This document shows positions 9,640 through 19,526 of a stretch of 64,000 bases of DNA, one piece after another. How positions within the stretch are numbered: the stretch's first letter is position 1; every line of letters starts with the position of its first letter. Origin of the DNA: Anaerohalosphaeraceae bacterium (GTDB lineage Bacteria; Planctomycetota; Phycisphaerae; Sedimentisphaerales; Anaerohalosphaeraceae). The position numbers and the translations under genes are program-made. The notes beneath the pieces were generated by a model, which saw only the letters and a list, made by a program, of their open reading frames with translations, was not told the origin of the DNA and did no database searches. The DNA is taken from assembly GCA_050309605.1 (NCBI GenBank), contig JBNRMN010000021.1:32001-96000 (forward strand). Direction: 5' to 3'.

Positions 9640-10467
9640 TTACTCCAGCCGCATCACTTTTTGGCGCACCGCAATCACGGGATTGCGGGGGCTGCCGATG
9701 CCCGGCGGGATGACCCAAAACCGGAAGCTGTCTCCTGCTTCAGGCGGCACATAAGGCTCTCGCAGCACGAGCGTTTCGCGAAGGCCGTCGCCGTCCCTGT
9801 CTTGCGTTTCCTGTACATAATACAGCTTGCCGCTGCGGTCATCGACCAGAACCGTGCCGGCGCTGAAAAAGTCGTACTCATCACCCCACAACAAGGTCAC
9901 AATTTTCAACTCTTTGGGATTGCCTTCGTATCCCAAGCGCAGCGTCACCGGTGAAGGCCAAGGCCAAGGCCGTTCTTCGTCCGGCAATGGTCCCACGTCT
10001 GTACTTTTAAAACTGCGAAACTGAATATTCGGCGCGACTTTTCGGGTCACAAAGACCGTTACCTGAACCTCATTGTCGCTGAGTTTTCGGCACAGCGCCG
10101 ACCAATGGTACACGCGCTGCCGGTTGGAATCCTCGTTCGACTCATACAGAAACTCCTTCCACGACAAATCCACGTCCGACCAACCGGGTAAGCCGGCATT
10201 TTTGGCATTCAACAATCGGAGAAATCCCACGCTTGTCTGGTTCGGCAAAACCGGCCAATTCTCCGCGTCCGGAAGACCCCACAGCTTAATTTTGGCGAAG
10301 GCCTCATCGGCGGCGATGGCGCCGATGGTGCGTTCGGTCGTGATGCTTGTCAGTTTGATGCCGACCGGAAAGACCATCGCAATCAAGACCAGCCCCACGC
10401 CGAGAATGCCCGTGGCCAGCATCGCCTCGATGAGCGAAAAACCGAATTGTCGCCGATAAGGAGTCAT
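9640..10467 (-). CDS. Minor pilin/pseudopilin, PilV/GspI-like
   Basis: FG|FSLIEAMLATGILGVGLVLIAMVFP motif; gene order. Confidence 0.75.
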   Translation of the reverse strand: MTPYRRQFGFSLIEAMLATGILGVGLVLIAMVFPVGIKLTSITTERTIGAIAADEAFAKIKLWGLPDAENWPVLPNQTSVGFLRLLNAKNAGLPGWSDVDLSWKEFLYESNEDSNRQRVYHWSALCRKLSDNEVQVTVFVTRKVAPNIQFRSFKSTDVGPLPDEERPWPWPSPVTLRLGYEGNPKELKIVTLLWGDEYDFFSAGTVLVDDRSGKLYYVQETQDRDGDGLRETLVLREPYVPPEAGDSFRFWVIPPGIGSPRNPVIAVRQKVMRLE

Positions 10468-10472
10468 TCTTA

Positions 10473-10500
10473 TATAGTTTTTAGTTCGTAGTTCGTAGTT
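10473..10500 (-). repeat. Heptamer tandem repeat (AACTACG)2-AACTAAA-AACTATA
   Basis: Fills the spacer between the 10500 stop and the 10467 start; shares an exact 20-mer with 41356-41375. Confidence 0.8.
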
Positions 10501-11099
10501 TATTCGCCAAGCAGTTCGCCGGTATAAGGACTGACCATCAGTATTCTGGCCGAATCCGGATCATTATTCTCCGACAAATAAAAGCGGCTAACGCTCGGGA
10601 TATTCATACCGGAATCATAAGGTTCCGGCGGTATTCTGAACGGCAGGCGTCCTTTGTATCTGACAGGATGCGATGTCAGTCTGCCCGCCGCGTTGAAAAC
10701 GATAGGGAAAAGCGTATGTCGGGCACCTTCTATTTTTGCAAACACGGCAACGCCATCGGGCAAGGCAACGGCTTTTCGCCCTTCAACCGGTCGAAATCCA
10801 TACGCTAAACCTGTTCCGCCGGCCGACTCCGGCCTGCTGTCATGAACAATGAAAATCATATAAGTTTTTTCATCAGTCTGATGAAACCAGAGACCGGCAT
10901 AGGTTCCGTGTCGGACGGCGATGGCGCGGGCGTTGCTCATGGCGGCGCTGATCATCCCGCGTGCGCCGGCGCCGCCCTGGAGCGAGGACGTCAGCCGCTT
11001 GGCCGCGGGCACCGCCAGCGTCATCAAAATCGCCATGACCGCTACGGTTACCGTCAGCTCCGTGAGCGTCAGGCCGGATTGTTGCCTGTGTGTGCGCAT
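10500..11099 (-). CDS. Minor pilin FimT/FimU/GspH-like
   Basis: SG|LTLTELTVTVAVMAILMTLAVP; AMSNARAIAV; IVFNAAG; SPYTG. Confidence 0.78.
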   Translation of the reverse strand: MRTHRQQSGLTLTELTVTVAVMAILMTLAVPAAKRLTSSLQGGAGARGMISAAMSNARAIAVRHGTYAGLWFHQTDEKTYMIFIVHDSRPESAGGTGLAYGFRPVEGRKAVALPDGVAVFAKIEGARHTLFPIVFNAAGRLTSHPVRYKGRLPFRIPPEPYDSGMNIPSVSRFYLSENNDPDSARILMVSPYTGELLGE

Positions 11100-11132
11100 C
11101 GCCGTGAAAGACCGTCCCGTTTCGGGGGCGTC

Positions 11133-12017
11133 TTAGTCCCTTTCATCAAAGTTAAACACATCGTCGGTCGTGCCGTACACCCCGTCCGGGCCGGCGCTGT
11201 GCAGGATAAACGACTCGGCCCGATACGGCCGGGGCGGATCGGTAAAATTCGGATTCCGCGTTCTTTGGTAAAACCAACCCGCTTCAATCGACTTCCCCGT
11301 GCGTGTAGCAATTACATTGCCTTCCGCATAAGCATAGGTGTTGGCCCCTATGGTATCTGCACTATGGCCTGTCTTCAGACGATTGGCACGATAATATAAT
11401 ATCGGCCGTCCTGTTTTACGGCCGGTTGTTAATTTGGCCGTCTTGAACACATCGGCCAGCACCAGACTGGGCGGCCTGTTTTGTGTCAAATCCTGATAGA
11501 TCGGGCCGTAATCGCTGAGCCGCACTGCATTGGCATTTTCCAATTCGAGGTACGGCCCCTTGCGAACGGCGCGATTCTCCTCGGCTGTCTGCACATAATC
11601 ATCACTGCTGCATATCACGCCGTCAATTGCGTTGTAAATCGTAGTATTGGGGGCCGTAGGGTCCAGAACCCCATCGCCGTCGATGTCCCCTTTGCCGTTC
11701 TCATGAAAACGGGAGGCGGGATGAAAGCCGAATCCATCGCGCCCGACCACCGCCTCGGCCAGACGCTGCGAGGCAGAATATTGGCCATAGCGTGGTACAT
11801 CCCACACACTGGGCGGGTAGTCGCCGGTATCGGAGCGGAAGGTTTCGAGGGCGATTTCAATGTTTTGAAACTGCGCCCGTTGTTTGACGATCATGGCCGT
11901 CTTGCCGACCTGATTAAACGCGGGGATGAGCACCGCCAGCAGAATCCCGATGATCGCCACCGTCGTCAGTACCTCGACCAGGGTGAAGGCTCGAATTGTC
12001 TTTTTGCTGTTCTGCAT
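11133..12017 (-). CDS. Large GspG-like pilin (paralog 3)
   Basis: RA|FTLVEVLTTVAIIGILL; LETFRSDTGDYPPS; C-terminal SAGPDGVYGTTDDV. Confidence 0.8.
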   Translation of the reverse strand: MQNSKKTIRAFTLVEVLTTVAIIGILLAVLIPAFNQVGKTAMIVKQRAQFQNIEIALETFRSDTGDYPPSVWDVPRYGQYSASQRLAEAVVGRDGFGFHPASRFHENGKGDIDGDGVLDPTAPNTTIYNAIDGVICSSDDYVQTAEENRAVRKGPYLELENANAVRLSDYGPIYQDLTQNRPPSLVLADVFKTAKLTTGRKTGRPILYYRANRLKTGHSADTIGANTYAYAEGNVIATRTGKSIEAGWFYQRTRNPNFTDPPRPYRAESFILHSAGPDGVYGTTDDVFNFDERD

Positions 12018-12123
12018 AATTATTATCCTTTTATCATGGACACAGATTCACACTGATTTCGGCTTGCTGTTCCTGTTTAATCCTCTGTGTCGAAAAAACG
12101 AACCTCTGTTGACTCGATGTATT

Positions 12124-13074
12124 CTAATCAAAGTTGACTATGTCGTCTTTTGTGCCAAAGACGCCGTCCCAGCCGGCGGAAATCAGGATGAACGTACTTT
12201 GATTATGCGGCCTGAAAAAGCCGCGCGACGGGTTGCTGCCGGGCTGGGTGATCTGTTCATAAAACACCTGTGCATGGGTTTTGCCGGGGTCATCCGGGTC
12301 CTGATAGTGCCGATTCAGACCCGGCGTTACGCTCGTATCGCGCAGCCACGGCAATTCAAGGATTGCCCGATTGTCATCAAAGTTGTACGTCCATTGTCGG
12401 TAGTCGGCGGGAGCAGGGATAGTAACGGGCTGACGTGTGGTCGGGTCAATTCGAAACACTTTGGACGGATCGGCCTTGAAATACAAAATCGGCATCCCCA
12501 CACGTCCGACAGGCGTGTCATTGCGATTAAACACATCCGTAATGACGGGCGAACGGTATCGCATTTCAGACGGCGCGGAACCGGAATCATAAACAGGCGA
12601 ACCGCCCTTGACGCCGTCCCACAACTCAAAGAGGGTGTTGACGCTGCCGTATTTGAGTTCAAAATACGGCCCCTTGCGACGCGCCAGGCTTTCGGACGTG
12701 CTGCTGTACAGACTTGTGATCGGCGAATCGGGGCGATAGTGCGTATCGTCCGGCGGATACCATCCGGTGCGCGGCTCAAAACCCTGCTCGTCGCGTCCGA
12801 GCAGGGCCTCGACCAGATGCTGAGCGCCGGTGACCTGCTGATTGCCCGACTGATGGCGAACGGCTGAATCGGGGTAATTTTGAAAATCGCCGCTGAACAG
12901 TTCCAATCCGACCTTCATCGCGTGAAAGACGGATTTTTGCTGCAGGCCTTTGCCGATAATGGTCACCTTGCGCGTACCGACGCTGAAGATCATAATCAGC
13001 ATCGAGATGATCGCCACGACCGTCAGCAGTTCAATCAGCGTAAACGCCCTTAATTGTCTTTGCCTGTGCTGCAT
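12124..13074 (-). CDS. Large GspG-like pilin (paralog 2)
   Basis: RA|FTLIELLTVVAIIS; LELFSGDFQNYPDS; SAGWDGVFGTKDDI; ATG 13074 preceded by AAGGA. Confidence 0.8.
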   Translation of the reverse strand: MQHRQRQLRAFTLIELLTVVAIISMLIMIFSVGTRKVTIIGKGLQQKSVFHAMKVGLELFSGDFQNYPDSAVRHQSGNQQVTGAQHLVEALLGRDEQGFEPRTGWYPPDDTHYRPDSPITSLYSSTSESLARRKGPYFELKYGSVNTLFELWDGVKGGSPVYDSGSAPSEMRYRSPVITDVFNRNDTPVGRVGMPILYFKADPSKVFRIDPTTRQPVTIPAPADYRQWTYNFDDNRAILELPWLRDTSVTPGLNRHYQDPDDPGKTHAQVFYEQITQPGSNPSRGFFRPHNQSTFILISAGWDGVFGTKDDIVNFD

Positions 13075-13170
13075 TGTGTATTCCTTTATCAACGACCGCT
13101 GGTGGGCTGTACTCTCTGCAACAACCCGACAGTGCAAACTGCCGGTGCAAAACCCACAAGTTTACGTTTT

Positions 13171-13199
13171 ATCGGGCAGCTCGCGCTGCCGCGTTTTTG
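13171..13199. repeat. REP-like palindromic repeat, single copy
   Basis: ATCGGGCAGCTCGCGCTGCCGCGTTTTTG; stem GGCAGC/GCTGCC; near-identical to the tandem copies at 23662-23737. Confidence 0.75.
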
Positions 13200-13772
13200 T
13201 TACCGGTTCTCAATATCGTCCTCGGTTCCGAATTGGCCGTCCGGCCCGGCCGAGCGAAGCCGCGGGAAATGATCGCTCGGCACATACTCATACCGCAGGC
13301 TCATCCCCCAGGGGTCAACAAAACGCAGTAGGTTTTTGCGCTCGCCGTCGGCCAGTTGAATCACAATCGGCCGGGCGGCCGCATCTTCGGCACTGACCAG
13401 ACGGCTTGAGACGGCGGCGATGATGTCCCGACTGTGGGGGCTTCGGTTCAGCATCCAATACAACGCAGCGCTGGACCAATAATCAGCCGACACTGCGCCA
13501 TTGACCACGGTTATGGATGTTCCCGTCGCCACTTCAAAACCCGCTTCTGACGCCGCGTGAACCTGCGGCGGAAACGCTTGATAGTCTTCATAATACAACT
13601 GCATCGCCGTGTCGATGACGCTGAGCAGACTGTCGGCCAACTGCACCGCCGAACGGGTCTTGACGTATTGGCCCAGCCGGGCCGCGGCGCTGATCAGAAT
13701 CAGCAGCACCACCAGCGAGACCAGCACTTCCGTCAACGTCATCCCGAATTGTCGGCGAGTGGCAAATATCAT
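13200..13772 (-). CDS. Short GspG-like pilin/pseudopilin
   Basis: FG|MTLTEVLVSLVV; YYEDYQAFPP; DPWGMSLRY and SAGPDGQFGTEDDI GspG C-terminal motifs; start may extend to TTG 13790. Confidence 0.8.
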   Translation of the reverse strand: MIFATRRQFGMTLTEVLVSLVVLLILISAAARLGQYVKTRSAVQLADSLLSVIDTAMQLYYEDYQAFPPQVHAASEAGFEVATGTSITVVNGAVSADYWSSAALYWMLNRSPHSRDIIAAVSSRLVSAEDAAARPIVIQLADGERKNLLRFVDPWGMSLRYEYVPSDHFPRLRSAGPDGQFGTEDDIENR

Positions 13773-13818
13773 CAAAGACTCTTCATTCAAAATTCAAATT
13801 CAAGAATTAAGAATCGGG

Positions 13819-14778
13819 TTACTCGGCTTCGCGCGTGAAGTTAAAGATATCATCGGCGGTGCCGAACGAGCCGTCCTTGCCGGCTGACCACAGGATGAAC
13901 GACCCGGCCTTATACGGCCGTCGAACCGCCTGCACGTTCTTGTTGAGAACCATATCGTCGAAATTTTCAAATTCATTATTGCCCGTTGTATAAAGGGCAT
14001 GACCCGCTCCGGTATCCGGCATTCCCATTTCCAGTATGCGCTCATTGTCGGGGAAGTAATAGATGGAGTTTTCCATATCGGCGGCCGTTCGTGAATCCTG
14101 CTTCGTATGATGCGTTCTGGCCCTGAAATACAAAATCGGGGTACCGGTCTTTTTCGCGCCGGTTCCGGACCGCTTTCGTGAATAGACGTCGCAAAGCACC
14201 AAGGGATACTGATTGTCCCACGCTGTACTGAAAAAACTGCCTAAATTGGCCGCCGGCCCATACACCTCGTCCATACGAAATGCGTTGGCGTTTTCCAGCT
14301 CCACGTAGGGGCCTTTTCGCGCCTCAATATTTTCCCGTGCCGTCTGCCACGCTGCCTGAGAGTCATTGAACGCCCAATAAACGATGTATTCCTGACTATT
14401 TAAGTTTTTGTCCACCACGATGTTGGCCCCGTCCGCCCGGAAGTCGGAGCTGGGATGAAACCCCAGATAATCCAGCCCGACCATCGCCTCGGCGAGCTTG
14501 TTGGCGCCGAGATAAGGGGTCGGATCCGCTGTTTTTTGTGGACTGCTGGCGGTGTTGACATTATTGTCATTGGATTCGGGGTAGTCGCCGAAATCGGCCT
14601 TGAACATCTCCAGTCCCGACGTGATGGCGTGGAACTGGGCGCGCTGCTGAACTTCCTTGGCGCGATCTTTGACCAGGGCAAGTGCCGGCACGAGCAATCC
14701 GATCAGCAGTGCGATGACCGCCATGACCGTCAGCAATTCGACAATGGTAAAGCCTTTGTTTTGTCCGGTTCGCTTCAT
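13819..14778 (-). CDS. Large GspG-like pilin (paralog 1, probable major subunit)
   Basis: KG|FTIVELLTVMAVIALLIGLLVP; LEMFKADFGDYPES; SAGKDGSFGTADDI; first pilin after pilC; start may extend to 14796. Confidence 0.8.
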   Translation of the reverse strand: MKRTGQNKGFTIVELLTVMAVIALLIGLLVPALALVKDRAKEVQQRAQFHAITSGLEMFKADFGDYPESNDNNVNTASSPQKTADPTPYLGANKLAEAMVGLDYLGFHPSSDFRADGANIVVDKNLNSQEYIVYWAFNDSQAAWQTARENIEARKGPYVELENANAFRMDEVYGPAANLGSFFSTAWDNQYPLVLCDVYSRKRSGTGAKKTGTPILYFRARTHHTKQDSRTAADMENSIYYFPDNERILEMGMPDTGAGHALYTTGNNEFENFDDMVLNKNVQAVRRPYKAGSFILWSAGKDGSFGTADDIFNFTREAE

Positions 14779-14846
14779 TTTTTTGTCCTTTCGCAATGTA
14801 TGACAAGTTCGTTAAAACCGCAAATTTCTGTTTGTCTTCTGACAGA

Positions 14847-16103
14847 TTACATCAAGACCTGAATCATCGTGACCATCGGCAAAAACATCGCCAGTACAAT
14901 CGTTCCGACGACACCGCCCAGAACGACGATCAAGATCGGTTCGAGCATACTCATCATCGCCCCGACCAGCACATCGGCCTCTTCGTCGAAGTTGTCGGCG
15001 ACCTTCAACAGCATTTTATCCAGATCGCCCGTCTCCTCGCCGACGTCCACCATATTGACCACGATGGCATCGACCGTCTTGGACTGGCGGAGAGGATTGG
15101 CGAAGGTATCGCCCTGGCGAATCGCCTGATGCACCTTGCCGAGCATTCGGGCATAGACCTCATTGCCGCTGGTTTCGCGGGTGATGTTCAGGGCTTCGAG
15201 AATCGGTACACCGGCACTGATCAGCGTCGCCAGCGTTCGCGTCCAGCGGGCGACGGTCGTTTTATACGACACTTTGCCGATGACCGGCAAATGCAGCATC
15301 AGCCAGTCCAGTCCGAAACGGGTATGCCGGAACTGGCGCAGCAACCGGAAAATCGCCACCAGTATAAACGGCACCATCAGCACCATCAGCGCGTTTAGCC
15401 CCTTTCGTCCCTGGAGCCATTCGCTCATGGACAGCAGGGCCAGCGTCAGCCCCGGCAGTTTGCCCTCGCCATCGCTCATATCGGTCAGCACTTCGGCGAA
15501 GGTGGGGACGATAAAGATCATCAGCCCCATCACGATGACGAAGGCGACAAACAGCACCACCACCGGATAGACCAGGGCGCCTTTGACCTTGGCTTTAAGC
15601 CGTTCGGATTTTTCCATAAAATCGGCCACGCGATTGAGAATGACATCCAGCACACCGCCGACCTCGCCGGCGGCGACCATATTGACAAACAATCGGTTAA
15701 AACAGCGCGGGTATCGGCTCATCGCCTCCGAGAGGGTCGCGCCGCCTTCAATGTCCTCGGATACATAGCCGAGAATCCGCTTAAACGCGCCGGGTTTTTC
15801 CTGTTCTTCGAGAATGCGAAGCGAACGCAGAATCGCCAGGCCGGCGTCCTGAAGCGTCGCCATTTGACGGGCGAACTGGGTCAGCTTCTTGAGCTTGACT
15901 TTGGCGTTGACGCCGCGGCGCTTTGGAGCAGTCGAGGCCGCAGCGGCCTTGACCTTCCGAGGAGCATTTTGCGCACGCACCTTGGTGGGGAACAGTCCCT
16001 TGTTGCGGATCTTGCTGATGGCCTCTTTATTGCTGAGGGCCTCAATCTCCGCTTTGACTTCCTTGCCGTTTGCATCCAACGCGGTATATTGGAATACGGG
16101 CAT
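14847..16103 (-). CDS. pilC: Type IV pilus/T2SS inner-membrane platform protein PilC/GspF
   Basis: FARQMATLQDAG, MVAAGEVGGVLD, ALVYP, GEETGDLDKML, LEP and AMFLPM motifs. Confidence 0.93.
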   Translation of the reverse strand: MPVFQYTALDANGKEVKAEIEALSNKEAISKIRNKGLFPTKVRAQNAPRKVKAAAASTAPKRRGVNAKVKLKKLTQFARQMATLQDAGLAILRSLRILEEQEKPGAFKRILGYVSEDIEGGATLSEAMSRYPRCFNRLFVNMVAAGEVGGVLDVILNRVADFMEKSERLKAKVKGALVYPVVVLFVAFVIVMGLMIFIVPTFAEVLTDMSDGEGKLPGLTLALLSMSEWLQGRKGLNALMVLMVPFILVAIFRLLRQFRHTRFGLDWLMLHLPVIGKVSYKTTVARWTRTLATLISAGVPILEALNITRETSGNEVYARMLGKVHQAIRQGDTFANPLRQSKTVDAIVVNMVDVGEETGDLDKMLLKVADNFDEEADVLVGAMMSMLEPILIVVLGGVVGTIVLAMFLPMVTMIQVLM

Positions 16104-16232
16104 TGTTTATACCTCCCAAAAACGTCCCGAACTCACTGCCGAAACGCACATCAACCGGTTATATCAATCTCTTAAATGTCCTATTTCAAATTTTTGTTTT
16201 TTATTGTCATCCGCATGCTGCCGTCAGCTTGA

Positions 16233-17987
16233 TCATTCCTCGGCGGCCAGCGTTTCGCGGACGACTTCTTCAATCGTGGTGATTCCGTCATAAATCGCCG
16301 ACAGCCCGTTTTCACGCAGCGTATGCATCCCGGCGCGTTTGGCCGCCTCACGCAGGACGGCGGTCGAGGCGTGATTCATAATCAGATCGCGAATCTCATC
16401 GTTCATGGCCATGATTTCATACAGGCCTGTTCGACCGCGGAAACCGGTGTTGTTGCACTGGTCGCAGCCTTTGCCGTAATAGAAGGTTTTGTCGCCCACA
16501 TCTTCGGGCATCAATCCCAGTTCCATTAACTGTTCTTCTGTCGGGCGAAATTCGGTTTTGCAGTGGGTGCAGATACGCCGCACAAGACGCTGGGCAATGA
16601 TGCCTTCCAGTGTGGCCGTGACCAAAAACGGTTCCAGCCCCAAATCGAGCAAACGAGCCACCGAGCTGGGGGCGTCGTTTGTGTGCAGGGTCGAGAACAC
16701 AAGGTGACCGGTCAGGGAGGCCTGAATCGAAATCTCGGCTGTCTCCAGGTCGCGAACCTCACCGACCATCACAATATCCGGGTCCTGACGCAAGATCGAA
16801 CGCAGACACTTGGCAAACGTCAGACCGATCTCAGGGCGAATCTGCACCTGCACCAGACCGTCAATATCGTATTCAACGGGGTTTTCCGTCGTGATAATCT
16901 TGGTTTCCACATCATTCAGCTCCTTCAAGCAGGAATACAGGGTGGTCGTCTTGCCCGAACCGGTCGGGCCGGTCACGACGACAATGCCGTTGGGTTTGTG
17001 GATCAACTGGCTGACCGCTTTTAATTCATGTTCCCGCAGCCCCAGCATATCCAGCCGTAAATCCACCTGCGAGCGGTCCAGGACACGCAGCACCACGCTT
17101 TCGCCGAACATCGTGGGCAAAATGCTCACACGCAAATCCACGGGGTTGCCTCCGACCACCAGCGGAATACGTCCGTCCTGGGGCAATCGCCGCTCGGCAA
17201 TATCCAATTGGGCCATGACCTTGATACGGCTGCTCAGGGCCATCGCGATATGTTTGGGCGGCGGGACCATCTCATACAGCACGCCGTCGATGCGGTAGCG
17301 CATTTTGTATTCGTCTTCAAACGGCTCAAAGTGAATATCCGAGGCCTTGTCGCGAATGGCCTGGAGCAGCACCAGGTTCAGCAGCTTCTTGACGCCGGTC
17401 GAATCGGCCATTTCTTTCAAGTCGTCCAGATCGATGCTCTGATCGCGTCCCTGAAATTGTGTGAGGGAAACATCGCTCTCAATTTCGCCGATCAGTTCAT
17501 TCAAGCTCGAATCTTCTTCTTTGTAGTATTTATCCAGCGCCGCCGAAATCGCCTCCTCGTCGGCCACCTTTGCCTCGACCGAAAAGCCCATCAGTGTGCT
17601 CAGGTCATCGGTGGCCCGGAAATTATCAGGGCTGTCCATCACCACCGACAGCCGATTGCGCGACTTGTCATATTGGAGGGGGATAATCCGGTAAGTCCGC
17701 GCCATCTGCGCGGGGACATATTCGAGCACAGACTGAGGCACCTCGATATTTTCAATATCGACATACTCCATACCCCGCTGCCCTGCCAAGGCAATCTGCA
17801 AATCGCGTTTTTTAATCAAATTCTGCTCAAGAAAAATCTGGCCTAATTTGACCTTTCCTCCGCGTTCCTTTTGCAGGACGAGACATTCGTGGACTTTTTC
17901 GCGAGTCAGAAGCCCCATTTTAATGAGAATTCGTCCGAGCGAACGTCCTTTCAATTCAATTACCGGAGGTATTTTTCTTTTTGCCAT
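16233..17987 (-). CDS. pilB: Type IV pilus assembly ATPase PilB/GspE (copy 1, MshEN N-terminus)
   Basis: ASDIHFEP, ERRLPQDG, Walker A GPTGSGKTT, LRQDPD, GHLVFSTLHTN, tetra-Cys (CTHC/CDQC). Confidence 0.92.
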   Translation of the reverse strand: MAKRKIPPVIELKGRSLGRILIKMGLLTREKVHECLVLQKERGGKVKLGQIFLEQNLIKKRDLQIALAGQRGMEYVDIENIEVPQSVLEYVPAQMARTYRIIPLQYDKSRNRLSVVMDSPDNFRATDDLSTLMGFSVEAKVADEEAISAALDKYYKEEDSSLNELIGEIESDVSLTQFQGRDQSIDLDDLKEMADSTGVKKLLNLVLLQAIRDKASDIHFEPFEDEYKMRYRIDGVLYEMVPPPKHIAMALSSRIKVMAQLDIAERRLPQDGRIPLVVGGNPVDLRVSILPTMFGESVVLRVLDRSQVDLRLDMLGLREHELKAVSQLIHKPNGIVVVTGPTGSGKTTTLYSCLKELNDVETKIITTENPVEYDIDGLVQVQIRPEIGLTFAKCLRSILRQDPDIVMVGEVRDLETAEISIQASLTGHLVFSTLHTNDAPSSVARLLDLGLEPFLVTATLEGIIAQRLVRRICTHCKTEFRPTEEQLMELGLMPEDVGDKTFYYGKGCDQCNNTGFRGRTGLYEIMAMNDEIRDLIMNHASTAVLREAAKRAGMHTLRENGLSAIYDGITTIEEVVRETLAAEE

Positions 17988-18036
17988 AGCCTAACTCTCC
18001 GCGTCTTGATTCATCACATCGACGCCTTACATCATT

Positions 18037-18065
18037 ATTATACGGACGTTTTTGAAAAAAAGCAA
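18037..18065 (-). promoter_or_regulatory. Sigma70-like promoter upstream of pilB copy 1
   Basis: Minus strand TTGCTT (18065-18060), 17-bp spacer, TATAAT (18042-18037), in an AT-rich 300-bp gap. Confidence 0.55.
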
Positions 18066-18291
18066 ACTTTTTAAGGATAGACACTTGGCATAAGAGACGA
18101 TTTTTTATGCCACTGTCTGCTTTATCGACTTATGACATTGCAGATAGGTCATTTTAATGCTGAAAAAGGATATGAGAGCCGCAATCAAAATAAATATCGC
18201 TTTTTTGAGTCAATAAATACATAGACACTTGGCGTACAGTACACTGGAAACCTATCTAAAAAAATCATTTTTTGGACTATTAAATGTCGTC

Positions 18292-19422
18292 TTATCCTGT
18301 TTTCAGGACTTGGCCGTACTCATCATCCAATTTCTTTTTAACCTTCAGCGACGCTCCGGCTTTCTTTTCAGCTTTTTCCAGCATATCGCCGGGATTTCTC
18401 GCCTTATCCAGCAATTCATCCAGATCAATCAATTCCTTATCATATAGTTCCCACAAATGATCGTCCAGAAGCTGCATCCCCAGTTTCTTGCCGATCTGAA
18501 TGCTGGATTCAATTCGGTACACCTTATTCTCACGAATGAGGTTGGAAATCGCGGGCGTAACGACCATAAACTCGTAGGCCGCCACCCGTCCGCCTCCGCG
18601 CCGGGGGCACAGCGTCTGGCTGAGCACCGCAATCAGGTTGGTGCTGAGCTGAACGCGAATCTGCTCCTGCTGGCTGACGGGAAAGGCATCAATAATACGG
18701 TTGACCGTGCCCTGACAGCCGGTGGTATGCAGGGTTCCAAATACCAAGTGGCCGGTTTCGGCGGCGCTGATGGCCGCTTCCATGGTTTCAAGATCGCGCA
18801 GTTCGCCAACCAAAATCACGTCGGGGTCCTGCCGCAAGGCACGCCGCAGGGCCTCGGCAAATGCCGGCACATCCAGGCCAACCTCACGCTGAACGATCAC
18901 CGATTTTTTGTGCTGGTGATAGTATTCGATCGGCTCTTCAACCGTGATAATATGACGGTCGAGCGTTTCATTGATGTAGTTGATCATTGAGGCCAGGGTT
19001 GTCGTCTTACCGGAACCGGTCGGCCCTGTGACCAAAAACAAACCGCGCGGCCGACGGCACAGCGAGGCGCAAATCTTCGGCAGCCCGATCTGCTCAAAAC
19101 TCAGCAGTTCCGATGGAATCAGACGCAGCACCATCGAAATATGACCCTTCTGGCGAAACACAGAGGTACGAAATCGCCCTGCGTCGCCAAACGCAAAACC
19201 ATAGTCCGTTCCGCCGACTTCCTGAAGTTCCTGCTGATTGCGCTCGGGGGTGATACTTTTCATCAAGGCCACTGTATCGTCCGGCTCGAGTACCTTGGTG
19301 TCCAGCGAACGGAGCCGACCCGAAATACGCAGCACAGGCGGACGTCCCACAACGATGTGCAAGTCGGAACCGCCCATTTTAATGCAGGCTTCCAATAAAC
19401 GATCAATATGAAGTGTTGCCAT
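18292..19422 (-). CDS. pilT: Type IV pilus retraction ATPase PilT
   Basis: SDLHI, GPTGSGKTTTLA, ALRQDPDVILVGELRD, AAETGHLVFGTLHT, AISNLIRE (AIRNLIRE-type) and GMQ motifs. Confidence 0.95.
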   Translation of the reverse strand: MATLHIDRLLEACIKMGGSDLHIVVGRPPVLRISGRLRSLDTKVLEPDDTVALMKSITPERNQQELQEVGGTDYGFAFGDAGRFRTSVFRQKGHISMVLRLIPSELLSFEQIGLPKICASLCRRPRGLFLVTGPTGSGKTTTLASMINYINETLDRHIITVEEPIEYYHQHKKSVIVQREVGLDVPAFAEALRRALRQDPDVILVGELRDLETMEAAISAAETGHLVFGTLHTTGCQGTVNRIIDAFPVSQQEQIRVQLSTNLIAVLSQTLCPRRGGGRVAAYEFMVVTPAISNLIRENKVYRIESSIQIGKKLGMQLLDDHLWELYDKELIDLDELLDKARNPGDMLEKAEKKAGASLKVKKKLDDEYGQVLKTG

Positions 19423-19463
19423 ACCTGTACCCTATCACTTATTATGCCATACTCTTATTTCTC

Positions 19464-19483
19464 TCGAACGCCCGGGCGTTCGA
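19464..19483. repeat. Perfect 20-bp palindrome TCGAACGCCCGGGCGTTCGA
   Basis: Exact self reverse complement, in the pilB copy 2-pilT spacer. Confidence 0.75.
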
Positions 19484-19526
19484 TGTTTCCTGTCCCTTTT
19501 CTTTGTAATCGACGCACTGCGGCCTC

